DNA of 64,000 bases, taken from an uncultured Candidatus Peregrinibacteria bacterium. GTDB taxonomy: Bacteria; Patescibacteriota; Gracilibacteria; UBA1369. A program made the translations under genes and the position numbers. Below, in pieces: positions 37,146 through 45,894 of the stretch; the stretch's first letter is position 1, and the number at the start of each line of letters is the position of its first letter. The stretch is from the NCBI GenBank assembly GCA_937858825.1, contig CALMAI010000002.1, positions 2,759 to 66,758 on the forward strand, in the 5' to 3' direction. A model generated the notes under the pieces. That model searched no databases, had not been told where the DNA came from, and worked only from the letters and a program-made list of their open reading frames with translations.

Positions 37146-37982
37146 TTATGCCGTTTCTTTTTTTATAATCATCCTTATTGAGGCATGATACGTAGCTAAA
37201 TAGAAATGGAATATCCAGGAATACCAGATATTTAAATCATAATTGCTTTTTTGCTTCGGATCATGATGTCTTATAGCAAAATTATTTGCAATATTAAACA
37301 AAGCTGCTTCATCTTTTTTGTTTAATATACTATCAAGTTTTTGGGATTTCTTGAGCCATTCAAATACATCCGCGAGTTCTTGAATAGCTTTTTTTCTCTC
37401 TTCTAAAGAAGATTTTCTGTTTTTCCATATTGATAAGGCATTGACTACTTTTCTATCAACATTTACTGCATCATAAGGAACAATGTCTGCATTCAAAATA
37501 AACTGCAGTCCATGCTCACCAAGAGATATGATTTCCCCCTCCTCTGTTAGTTCAAACCCATTTTTATAATCGAGTAAGAAAAAATTGGCATATTCTCTAA
37601 ATTCATTACGCCCTGTTAGTTCATCATAAGAGTCATAATCTTGATAATTCCACCCTGTTGGAGTTATCATGTCAACTAACTCACCAGGCTTAGAAACGTG
37701 ATCAAATAGGAACTCAATACATGAAAAGATATTTTCTTCATTTATATCTTGGGGATTCCATTCATCTATAGGAAATGGGGAGAAATTGAGTTTAATTGCT
37801 GCTATTCTCATTATGCTTTCTGGCACCCATTTTGTGTCTGATTCGTGGGAATTTATTTTCGCTTTTTCTTTTAAAAAGTCTTTTTCCCGGAATAAAAAAT
37901 AAAGATTTTGCAGTTTTTCATAGAGCTGATCTATTGAGATTTTCTGTTGATTATTACGAGATGCGAAATATTTTCTAGTCAT
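37146..37982 (-). CDS. hypothetical protein (orphan, 278 aa) nested between hsdS and hsdR
   Basis: Uninterrupted AT-rich ORF with a 9-nt gap from hsdS and a 39-nt gap to hsdR. No P-loop, no Rx4-6H HEPN motif, no TM segment, no family recognised. Confidence 0.6.
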   Translation of the reverse strand: MTRKYFASRNNQQKISIDQLYEKLQNLYFLFREKDFLKEKAKINSHESDTKWVPESIMRIAAIKLNFSPFPIDEWNPQDINEENIFSCIEFLFDHVSKPGELVDMITPTGWNYQDYDSYDELTGRNEFREYANFFLLDYKNGFELTEEGEIISLGEHGLQFILNADIVPYDAVNVDRKVVNALSIWKNRKSSLEERKKAIQELADVFEWLKKSQKLDSILNKKDEAALFNIANNFAIRHHDPKQKSNYDLNIWYSWIFHFYLATYHASIRMIIKKETA

Positions 37983-37991
37983 CGCTTTGTG

Positions 37992-39161
37992 TTAGAGTTT
38001 TCCAGTAAATGCTTGATGCAGAATTGATTGTTTGAGTTCTTCCAGGTTGTTGAGTTTTTGTTGGTATAGAGATTCAATTTTTTTTGTATTTGTTGATAAT
38101 TTATCAAATGATTCAACAATTGATTTTTGTTCAGAAATTTCAGGCAGATGTATTTCAATAGAATTTAGCGAAGCCTGGTTAAGTTTAGGCTGAGCCATAC
38201 CACTAATATAAGATACTAGATTAATTGAGTTTAAGTAATATTCTACAAATTTCTGTGTTATTTTCTTTTTAAATTTTAGTACATGTGCATGGTTATTAAC
38301 CCAAGTTTTTCCACTGATTGAGAAGGCAATGGGATAAGTTCTTGCTAACAGGTTTGCGCCATCTTCTGAAATAAGTAATAAATCTTCGTCAAAAATGTAA
38401 TCATTAACATAATCAACAATGCCAGAAGCACCATAGTATGGAAAATCTCCATTAATTCTATCTTTTTTAGTTATAGGTATCCTTTTCCTGTCTAAATTTT
38501 CTGCAATTTCCCCAAGTTGTTGCTTGGCCCAATCGTTGTCAGGATTGTGAATCCTATCCTTCAACCAAGATTCAAAAAGCTCTTTCGAATTTTTTAAATT
38601 TTTTTTAGTGTTTTCATTGGCTTTTTCTATTTTTTCAAAAAGTTCATCAAGAAGTGCGACGAGGCGTTTTTGCTCGAGGAGGGGTGGAAAGGATATGGTG
38701 AAATTTTTAATAAATTCTTTTGATACCCTTTTATGACCAGCCGCACCCCTCATATTTTTGGATCCTTCCTCTCGAAATTTTTTAGTAGATAAAAAATAGA
38801 AAAGATATTCTGGTAATAAATCATCATTTGTCCTAAAAACAACATATTCACTTGATCCAAAACCAATCCCATTCTTTAAATTTTTTGCAATCCCGAGTTT
38901 TCCATTCTCAAAACATGGTGTAATTTTCGCCATTAGTACATCATCATCTGCAAAATATGTATAACTTTCCACGACTTCTTTGAGTTTTTTTGTTTGGCTT
39001 AAGTTAAGATTCTTATTCAATATTCCGAGATCCTCCATTGGCACAAATGAAACAACATCGTTGTCATTAAGCTTCTTTCGCGCCTCACTTTTTGGTGGTT
39101 TAACAATGCATATCTCTCCCAATTTTTTAATCTGCCAATTATTCATGATTAAATAATTCAT
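37992..39161 (-). CDS. hsdS: Type I restriction enzyme, S (specificity) subunit
   Basis: Two target-recognition domains separated by the conserved helices LLEQKRLVALLDELFEKIE and EQKSIVESFDKLSTNTKKIESLYQQKLNNLEELKQSILHQAFTG. Confidence 0.88.
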   Translation of the reverse strand: MNYLIMNNWQIKKLGEICIVKPPKSEARKKLNDNDVVSFVPMEDLGILNKNLNLSQTKKLKEVVESYTYFADDDVLMAKITPCFENGKLGIAKNLKNGIGFGSSEYVVFRTNDDLLPEYLFYFLSTKKFREEGSKNMRGAAGHKRVSKEFIKNFTISFPPLLEQKRLVALLDELFEKIEKANENTKKNLKNSKELFESWLKDRIHNPDNDWAKQQLGEIAENLDRKRIPITKKDRINGDFPYYGASGIVDYVNDYIFDEDLLLISEDGANLLARTYPIAFSISGKTWVNNHAHVLKFKKKITQKFVEYYLNSINLVSYISGMAQPKLNQASLNSIEIHLPEISEQKSIVESFDKLSTNTKKIESLYQQKLNNLEELKQSILHQAFTGKL

Positions 39162-40911
39162 TTATTTTTTTAAAAAGTGGTTCAAAATTTTCAAAATCTG
39201 CTTTATTCAGTTTAAAAAGTTTTTTCCACAGTGTCCCTTTAGCATTTATTTTCACAATTTTTTTGCCACCGCTTGGTTCATATTCTCCACCATGGGCTTT
39301 TATTGAGGTAAGCACGGAATCTTCAAAAAGGTGTTCCAAGGTTAAGTAACTGTGAGTATAAGTACTATCAGCATAATCATTTCGTGAAGGGGGAACTGGA
39401 ATTAATAAGCTATAAAAACAGTTATAGTTTTTTCGTTTCCTGAAAAGACAATCATTTTTATTTCCTTCAATTTCTTTCCATCTTATTTTATTTAAACCAT
39501 TAAAATTATTGAAACCATCATCAAAATCAAAAATCCCAATTACTCCGGAATTTTTATATTCTTCCATGTTTGCTAAGTCTAAAAATTTTTGCAATTCATC
39601 TCTGCCGCCTTTCCCATATATATGGAAATGAGATTTTTCTTGAAAGAGCTTTTCGAAATTATCTTTATTACAAGCAATTTCATTTATCTTAAGCCAAGCA
39701 ATTTTATATATCTCTTTTTTAGTGTCTTCTATAAAAACCGTGTGCTTTTGTTTTTTTAACTCATGCCCAAGGTGCTCACTCAATTTAGAGTACATTTCTA
39801 AAATTCCGACTTCTTTTTCAAGCTCATCAGTATCATTTTCAAATTCCGGCCCTTTTATTGTTCTTTGTTCCCAGTTAATCAATCCAATTTGAGAAACATT
39901 CTTTTCAATTTTTACTCTGTAAGAGCTTATATTTTCTCCTTGTAGAGAGATGAAAGGGAAGGCGTGCGAAGTAATGAAAATCTGTTTTTTTTCTGCATAC
40001 TTAACAAAGTCTTGTGCAAGCTCAAAACAGCGCAACGGTTCATATGAGTTTTCAGGTTCTTCAAATCCCCAAATTATCTTCTTACGTGAATTCCTAGAAA
40101 TTTCATTAAGAATATCGGGGATAAAGCGTGCCTGAATACCATCACCCCTATCAAATAAGGATACTTCATTGTCAGTTGTGACTCCAAGTGTCCTAAAGAA
40201 ATCTAAGAGTGTATCAGGTATGCTAAATCGTGCTTGGATACTTGTGTTACTTCTAAACTCTTCAAAAAGTTTGATGGTTTGATCTTTCAAAAGATCGTTG
40301 AATTTTGAAGAGTGCGTTTTAAAAACATTTTGTTCTTTTTTGTCTTCTTTTTCGAACAAGTGCTTTTGCAGTTTCTGAAAAAGAAAATTAAAAAACTGTC
40401 TGTCTTTTACTGCTGGAATATATTCATACTGAATATTATTGAGAAACATAGTTAGTCTGCCTTCTTGCACATGTTGGTATTTGTGTTTATGCTTCTTTAC
40501 ATCTGAATTGCGTTTGGGATGCAAACCATTTTTGTCCCAAGTTTTTTCGACAAAAAAACGTTCTGGTAGCACACCTTTTTTATCGTTGTAAAAATGTATT
40601 TTGATTTTGACCCAAAGATCTTTTTGGCGAACATCTGTTTTTGGAGCTGCTTTTCTTTTGCTTTGCGCTTTAGCGTCACTTCTGGCTTTAAGTACTTTTG
40701 ATAAATCTCTGTTTATATCGAACTTAATACCAGGTGTAACTTCGTCATTAAAAAAAAGATTCAGGGCTCTTAATATATTTGATTTACCAGAATCATTTGC
40801 ACCGGAAAAAATATTCAAATCTCTTAAATCAATAACTTCAACTTTTGGTTGTTTTACGCCACCATCAAAGGATCTGAAATGTTTTATAACAATTTTTTCA
40901 ATAATCTTCAC
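39139..40911 (-). CDS. ABC-type (AAA_15/21-like) ATPase with putative Toprim/DUF4435-like C-terminal domain (OLD-family or fused-PARIS-like)
   Basis: Walker A GANDSGKSN, signature-like DRGDGIQ, Walker B KIIWGFEEPE, H-loop ITSHA. The C-terminal ~190 aa carry an E...DxD pattern (VFIEDTKKEIY ... IGIFDFDDG). The start overlaps the hsdM stop by 4 nt, and the stop overlaps the hsdS start. Confidence 0.75.
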   Translation of the reverse strand: MKIIEKIVIKHFRSFDGGVKQPKVEVIDLRDLNIFSGANDSGKSNILRALNLFFNDEVTPGIKFDINRDLSKVLKARSDAKAQSKRKAAPKTDVRQKDLWVKIKIHFYNDKKGVLPERFFVEKTWDKNGLHPKRNSDVKKHKHKYQHVQEGRLTMFLNNIQYEYIPAVKDRQFFNFLFQKLQKHLFEKEDKKEQNVFKTHSSKFNDLLKDQTIKLFEEFRSNTSIQARFSIPDTLLDFFRTLGVTTDNEVSLFDRGDGIQARFIPDILNEISRNSRKKIIWGFEEPENSYEPLRCFELAQDFVKYAEKKQIFITSHAFPFISLQGENISSYRVKIEKNVSQIGLINWEQRTIKGPEFENDTDELEKEVGILEMYSKLSEHLGHELKKQKHTVFIEDTKKEIYKIAWLKINEIACNKDNFEKLFQEKSHFHIYGKGGRDELQKFLDLANMEEYKNSGVIGIFDFDDGFNNFNGLNKIRWKEIEGNKNDCLFRKRKNYNCFYSLLIPVPPSRNDYADSTYTHSYLTLEHLFEDSVLTSIKAHGGEYEPSGGKKIVKINAKGTLWKKLFKLNKADFENFEPLFKKINELFNHE

Positions 40912-42371
40912 AATTTTTGTCTTATAGAGAGTAAAATTTTATCGGTCTTTTTATCTAGCTTCTCAATCTCTTTCAAAATCTCTTTTGGCTCTCGTAAAGT
41001 CACCTCGTCGTTGCTATTTGGGTTTCGTACTGATAGATCAAAGGTTTTTGTGTTGAGGTCGGCGACGTTTACAGTCCATGAATTCTCTGAAGCAGATTTT
41101 GTTTTGTGGAGTTCTACAAATTCGGCTAAATCTTTTTCGTTTAAAGGATTGGTTTTGCCGAGGTTGCGGCCTGGGTTGAGTTGGTAGTACCATATTTTTT
41201 TTGTTGGTTCACCTTTGGTAAAAAATAAAACGATGGTTTTTACCCCTGCACCGCTAAAGGCACCTCCAGGAAGGTCAAGTATTGTGTGGAGGTTGCACGT
41301 TTCAAGGAGATATTTTCGAAGTGAGACGTAGGCATCACCGGTAGAGCCATTAGAAAGGAATGTATTTTTTATAACAATGCCAGCTTTTCCGCCTGCTTTA
41401 AGATGTTTAATAAAGTGCTGTAAGAATAAAAGAGCGGTTTCTCCTGTTTTAATAGGGAAATTTTGTTGAACCTCTTTGCGTTCTTTGCCTCCAAATGGTG
41501 GATTGGCTAGAATAACGTCGAATCGATCTTTTTCTTGAATGTCTGCTAAATTTTCGGCAAGAGTGTTGGTGTGAATGATGTTTGGTGCTTCAATTCCGTG
41601 GAGAATCATGTTCATGATGCCAATGATATAGGCAAGTGATTTCTTTTCTTTACCGTAAAAGGTTTTTTTCTGGAGGGTCTCGATATCTTTGGTTGAGAGT
41701 TCTTTGCTTTTCATCAAGTATTCAAAGGCTTCGACTAAGAATCCTGCGGAGCCAACAGCGCCGTCATAAATAGTATCCCCGATTTTAGGAGCAACAACTT
41801 TTACAATGGTTTTAATGAGAGGACGGGGTGTATAGTATTCACCTCCATTGCGTCCGGCATTGCCCATGTTTTTAATTTTTGCTTCGTAGAGATGGGAAAG
41901 TTCATGTTTCTCCTTTTGGGACTTGAATCTGAGCTCATCAACGATGTTTAAAACTTCGCGGAGGTTATATCCGCTTTGAATTCTGTTCTTGAGTTGGCTA
42001 AATATTTCTCCAATCTTGTATTCGATGGTGTCGGCACTCTCTGCAGATTGTTTGAATTTTTTGAGATAGGGGAAAAGGTCATTATTGACGAAATCGTGAA
42101 GATCATCTCCCGTCATTGCTTTGTTGTGGTCTATTTTGTCGTCTGATGTTTTTGGGACAGCCCAGTTGTGCCATCGAAATTTAGTTGCAATGATATGGGT
42201 GTAGGTTCCTTTCCCTGCCAGAGCTGCTTCGGTTTTTCTTTCTTGTTCTAGATCTTCGAGGTACTTTAGGAAGAGGATCCATGAAGTTTGTTCTACATAG
42301 TCAAGTTCGCTACTACAACCAGCATCTTTCCAGAGGACATTATCAATGTTTTTGAAAGCTTGTTCGAACAT
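40908..42371 (-). CDS. hsdM: Type I restriction enzyme, M (N6-adenine methyltransferase) subunit
   Basis: HsdM N-terminal domain (LWKDAGCSSELDYVEQTSWILFLKYL), SAM motif I DGAVGSAGFL, catalytic NPPFGG. Confidence 0.93.
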   Translation of the reverse strand: MFEQAFKNIDNVLWKDAGCSSELDYVEQTSWILFLKYLEDLEQERKTEAALAGKGTYTHIIATKFRWHNWAVPKTSDDKIDHNKAMTGDDLHDFVNNDLFPYLKKFKQSAESADTIEYKIGEIFSQLKNRIQSGYNLREVLNIVDELRFKSQKEKHELSHLYEAKIKNMGNAGRNGGEYYTPRPLIKTIVKVVAPKIGDTIYDGAVGSAGFLVEAFEYLMKSKELSTKDIETLQKKTFYGKEKKSLAYIIGIMNMILHGIEAPNIIHTNTLAENLADIQEKDRFDVILANPPFGGKERKEVQQNFPIKTGETALLFLQHFIKHLKAGGKAGIVIKNTFLSNGSTGDAYVSLRKYLLETCNLHTILDLPGGAFSGAGVKTIVLFFTKGEPTKKIWYYQLNPGRNLGKTNPLNEKDLAEFVELHKTKSASENSWTVNVADLNTKTFDLSVRNPNSNDEVTLREPKEILKEIEKLDKKTDKILLSIRQKL

Positions 42372-42535
42372 GGAATTTTCTTAAGTTGCGAGATAAACAG
42401 GATTTGAAGTCTGATCTACTTTACTCCAAAAAGACTCTTTCTACAAAAATCTGCCTTGGCCGACATAGCTTTTCACTCTTTTATCATCCACTGTGCTACT
42501 CTTTCTATTGAACCGTTGTTTCATCCATCCCATCC

Positions 42536-42781
42536 ATGCAAAAATTCTATGTCTACCTGGTCCGGTGCAGTGATGACACGTTGTATTGTGGGTACAGTAC
42601 GAATGTGGAGGCTCGGGAAAGGGCGCACAATGAGGGGAAGGGGGCGAAGTATACGCGGGCGCGGTTGCCGGTAAGGGTGGTGTATAGTGAGGAGTTTGCG
42701 ACTCGGTCGGAGGCGCAGCAGCGGGAATACGCGATTAAGAAGCTGACGCGGAAAGAGAAGGAGGAGTTGATTGAGGGGTGA
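42536..42781 (+). CDS. GIY-YIG nuclease-superfamily protein (UPF0213-like)
   Basis: FYVYLVRCSDDTLYCGYSTNVEARERAHNEGKGAKYTRARLPVRVVYSEEF is the GIY-(x10)-YxG-R-E-N core. Confidence 0.8.
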   Translation: MQKFYVYLVRCSDDTLYCGYSTNVEARERAHNEGKGAKYTRARLPVRVVYSEEFATRSEAQQREYAIKKLTRKEKEELIEG

Positions 42782-42918
42782 AGTGGATGTAGTAGGAATT
42801 TATTTGTCGTTCAGGTTTTGATTATCTCTTTTTGCTACTTTGTTGGTAGTCCTTTACTAATTCCTATATTATTACTATAATATTAATGTATTTATAATTA
42901 ATTTTATAGTTATTCACT

Positions 42919-43128
42919 ATGACTCTTTTGCAAGTAAACATTGAAGATGATCTGAAGGAGGCAATCCAGAAAAAGGCGAAGGCCTATGGGGTTTCTGTGA
43001 GTGCGATTGTTAAGATTGTCTTGGCTCGATCATTTATGATGGATGGAAGGCCAGGCAATGTTTTTAATGCTGATCGTGATAATAAAGGTAAAGGGTTACC
43101 TGTTGATGATTTAATAGATGCCCTGTAA
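42919..43128 (+). CDS. ribbon-helix-helix antitoxin (RelB/CopG-like)
   Basis: 69 aa. LQVNIEDDLKEAIQKKAKAYGVSVSAIVKIVL fits an RHH fold. The stop abuts the start of a RelE/ParE toxin (TAAATG). Confidence 0.6.
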   Translation: MTLLQVNIEDDLKEAIQKKAKAYGVSVSAIVKIVLARSFMMDGRPGNVFNADRDNKGKGLPVDDLIDAL

Positions 43129-43368
43129 ATGCCTGATAAGATAACGAAGTTTGTTAACGCTCTTGATGCCAAGACGCGGAAGCGATTGAAGGAACGTTTA
43201 AAGAGCTTGAGAGAGAACCCTTTGGCTCGATCTCAAGATGTGAAGAAGCTGAAGGGATGGGGAAAGAATACTTACCGTTTGCGTATGGGAGACATTCGGA
43301 TTATTTATCGATTGAATGACAGCAAGGTGGCGATCATCGATATTGATTTTCGAGGAAATGTTTATTAA
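43129..43368 (+). CDS. RelE/ParE-family toxin
   Basis: 79 aa. ...LKGWGKNTYRLRMGDIRIIYRLNDSKVAIIDIDFRGNVY is the RelE/StbE C-terminal pattern. Confidence 0.8.
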   Translation: MPDKITKFVNALDAKTRKRLKERLKSLRENPLARSQDVKKLKGWGKNTYRLRMGDIRIIYRLNDSKVAIIDIDFRGNVY

Positions 43369-43396
43369 AAAGCCCCACGTCATGTGAGGCTTTTAT
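43367..43396. terminator. bidirectional hairpin between relE-like gene and dnaK
   Basis: The aaagcc-c-cac / gtg-a-ggcttt stem has one mismatch, with an A-run and a T-run on either side. Confidence 0.4.
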
Positions 43397-43417
43397 ATGG
43401 TCTTTGTTGGAAGGTTT

Positions 43418-45379
43418 TTATTCCTTCTCCTCATCTTTTTCATCCACCACTTCGCCTTCTACTACGTCTTCTTTAGCCTCGCCGTCTTCGCTACCTTCTG
43501 AATCGGAGCCGTCGGCTTTTTTTACGCGTACGCCGTCGTCGTCTCCTTCGGCAGCTGCTCCTTCAGCACCACCTTGTTGGTACATGGCCGCGCCGACTTT
43601 TTGGATTTCCTCAGAAAGCTCGTCGTGGGCTTTCTTGATGTCGTCGTTGCTGGCCCCCTCGTCTTCCAAAAGCTTCTTCAGCGCATCCACCTTTTCCTGA
43701 ACCGGGCCTTTCACGTCGTCGCCAACTTTGTCGCCGGCGTCTTTAAGGGTTCGTTCGGTTTGGTTGATGAGTGATTCAGCGCTCACGCGGACTTCTACCT
43801 GCTCTTTCTTCTTCTTGTCTTCCTCTGCGTGTTGTTCGGCTTCGGCGCGCATCTTTTCGATCTCTTCGTCGGTCATGTTGGAAGAGCCGGTAATGGTGAT
43901 GTGCTGTGTTTTGTTGGTTCCTTTGTCGGTTGCTTTTACATTGATGATTCCGTTGGCGTCGATGTCGAAGCTGACCTCGATTTGTGGCACGCCTCGTGGA
44001 GCTGGTGGAATTCCATCCAGAATGAACCGTCCGAGCGATTTGTTGTCGGCAGACATTGGGCATTCTCCCTGGGTTACGTGGATTTCCACGCTTGGTTGAT
44101 TGTCGGCAGCGGTACTAAAGACTTGTGATTTGGTGGTTGGAATGGTGGTGTTGCGCTCAATGAGCTTGGTTGCCACGCCTCCCATAGTCTCAATCGCCAA
44201 TGAAAGGGGAGTTACATCCAGAAGAACCACGTCTTTCACGTCTCCCTGCAAAACTCCTCCCTGAATGGCAGCTCCAAGAGCGACCACCTGGTCTGGGTTG
44301 AGTCCCCGATGTGGCTCTTTGCCGAACACCTCTTTCACTTTGTCCTGTACCATTGGAATGCGAGTTGATCCTCCTACCAAAATAACTTCGTCAATGTCGG
44401 ACATGTAGATTTTGGCATCGTCGACAGCTTTCTTACATGGTTCTACGCACTTCTCCACAATCGGAGCAATCAAATCTTCCATCTTGGCCCGGCTGAGCTT
44501 GGTCTGGAAGTGCTTTGGAGAGTTGTTGGCGTCCATGGTCAGGAATGGCACGTTGATGTCCACTTCGTGCAATCCGGAAAGTTGGATTTTGGCCTTTTCT
44601 GCTTCGTCACGCAGACGTTGGAGCGCGGCTTTGTCTTCTGAGAGATCGATTCCAGACTCTTTTTTAAACTCTTCCAAGAGCCATCCAACAATCACCTGGT
44701 CAAAGTCGTCACCTCCAAGCTGGGTGTCTCCGTTGGTGGACATTACTTCAAATACTCCGTCTCCAAGTTCCAAAACAGAGATGTCGAATGTTCCTCCACC
44801 AAGGTCGAACACGGCGATCTTTTTATCGACACCTTTGTGTTTGTCCAGACCGTAGGCCAGGGCGGCTGCGGTTGGTTCGTTGATGATTCGTTTTACATCG
44901 AGTCCGGCAATTTTTCCGGCATCTTTGGTTGCCTGGCGTTGCGCGTCGTTAAAGTATGCCGGCACGGTAATTACCGCTTCTGTCACCGGTCCTCCAAGAT
45001 AGCTTTCTGCGTCGGCTTTGAGTTTTGCCAGAACCATTGAACTGATTTCTGCCGGTCGGTGCTGTTTTCCGTTTACTTCAATTTCTGCCTCTCCACCTTT
45101 TCCTTTTATCACTTTGTATGGCATGCGCTTAATGTCGTCTCCGGCTTCGCTGAACTGTCGTCCAATAAAACGTTTGGCCGAGAAAATGGTGTTTTCCGGA
45201 TTGGTCACCGCCTGTGATTTGGCGGTCATCCCCACCATGCGCTTGTCGTCTTTAAAAGCAACAATAGATGGGGTTGTTGGTTGTCCTTCTGCATTGTTGA
45301 TAACGGTTGGTTCTCCTCCTTCCATAACGGCTACGCAGGAGTTGGTTGTCCCAAGGTCGATTCCAATAATTTTAGTCAT
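43418..45379 (-). CDS. dnaK: chaperone DnaK (Hsp70)
   Basis: [37 protein letters not shown] and a full substrate-binding domain. Extra acidic C-terminal tail (...[24 protein letters not shown]). Confidence 0.98.
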   Translation of the reverse strand: MTKIIGIDLGTTNSCVAVMEGGEPTVINNAEGQPTTPSIVAFKDDKRMVGMTAKSQAVTNPENTIFSAKRFIGRQFSEAGDDIKRMPYKVIKGKGGEAEIEVNGKQHRPAEISSMVLAKLKADAESYLGGPVTEAVITVPAYFNDAQRQATKDAGKIAGLDVKRIINEPTAAALAYGLDKHKGVDKKIAVFDLGGGTFDISVLELGDGVFEVMSTNGDTQLGGDDFDQVIVGWLLEEFKKESGIDLSEDKAALQRLRDEAEKAKIQLSGLHEVDINVPFLTMDANNSPKHFQTKLSRAKMEDLIAPIVEKCVEPCKKAVDDAKIYMSDIDEVILVGGSTRIPMVQDKVKEVFGKEPHRGLNPDQVVALGAAIQGGVLQGDVKDVVLLDVTPLSLAIETMGGVATKLIERNTTIPTTKSQVFSTAADNQPSVEIHVTQGECPMSADNKSLGRFILDGIPPAPRGVPQIEVSFDIDANGIINVKATDKGTNKTQHITITGSSNMTDEEIEKMRAEAEQHAEEDKKKKEQVEVRVSAESLINQTERTLKDAGDKVGDDVKGPVQEKVDALKKLLEDEGASNDDIKKAHDELSEEIQKVGAAMYQQGGAEGAAAEGDDDGVRVKKADGSDSEGSEDGEAKEDVVEGEVVDEKDEEKE

Positions 45380-45388
45380 AAGAGTGAG

Positions 45389-45769
45389 TTAAAGTTTGTT
45401 GATAATGTCTATAAGGATGTGCCGATGACACTTTTTTGGTTCTTTTTCGTAGCAGATCAGGTACACGTCTTCTTTTTTGGCCAGTTCTTTGATTTCCTGC
45501 ATCAGCTTTTGGGCCTGTGGATCGTTGGTGATTTTTTTTCGATACTTTTCTTCAAACTTCGTTTTTTCAAAGGCGGTATTGTGGGCTTTCACGGGATCCA
45601 TCCCTTTTTCCTGGAGCTCTTCATCCTTCTTCTTAATGGCTTCTACCATTGCCGGACTTGGAGCCAGACAGTCGTGTCCGCGGTGCATCATTACAAAAAT
45701 TCGATTCTTCTCTGGTATATTTTTGAGGTTTGATACGTATGTTTCTTTCAGACTCATCCAAATTTTCAA
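45389..45769 (-). CDS. DUF488-family protein
   Basis: LAPSPAMV...FEEKYRKKI...VYLICYEKEPKKCHRHILIDII matches the DUF488 C-terminal LxC.E....CHR pattern. Lies 9 nt upstream of dnaK and immediately behind a CIRCE element. Confidence 0.55.
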   Translation of the reverse strand: MKIWMSLKETYVSNLKNIPEKNRIFVMMHRGHDCLAPSPAMVEAIKKKDEELQEKGMDPVKAHNTAFEKTKFEEKYRKKITNDPQAQKLMQEIKELAKKEDVYLICYEKEPKKCHRHILIDIINKL

Positions 45770-45772
45770 ATT

Positions 45773-45799
45773 TTAGCACTCGAAATTATAGAGTGCCAA
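45773..45799. promoter_or_regulatory. CIRCE operator (HrcA binding site)
   Basis: TTAGCACTC-gaaattata-GAGTGCCAA versus consensus TTAGCACTC-N9-GAGTGCTAA. Lies 4 nt upstream of the DUF488-dnaK unit. Confidence 0.8.
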
Positions 45800-45894
45800 A
45801 AGTGGCGAGTCAAGGATCATTTTGAAAGAAAATCTTGCGTGAGGACGTATATCTTTATTAAGGTGGACTATATTTATTTTTTAAATTTTTTCCT

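Noticed and set aside
39950-41187. Small plus-strand ORFs within the ATPase and hsdM genes
   Set aside because: These are AT-rich shadow ORFs opposite long motif-bearing minus-strand genes.
42372-42535. Possible integrase attachment site, tRNA or mobile-element end at the right border of the R-M operon
   Set aside because: No tRNA-like sequence, no terminal inverted repeats and no direct repeats matching the left border were visible by eye. The 72-aa ORF at 42456-42674 overlaps the GIY-YIG gene and looks spurious.
43404-43700. 98-aa Ser/Pro/Ala-rich plus-strand ORF
   Set aside because: It is antisense to the acidic C-terminal tail of dnaK, so it is a compositional mirror image rather than a gene.
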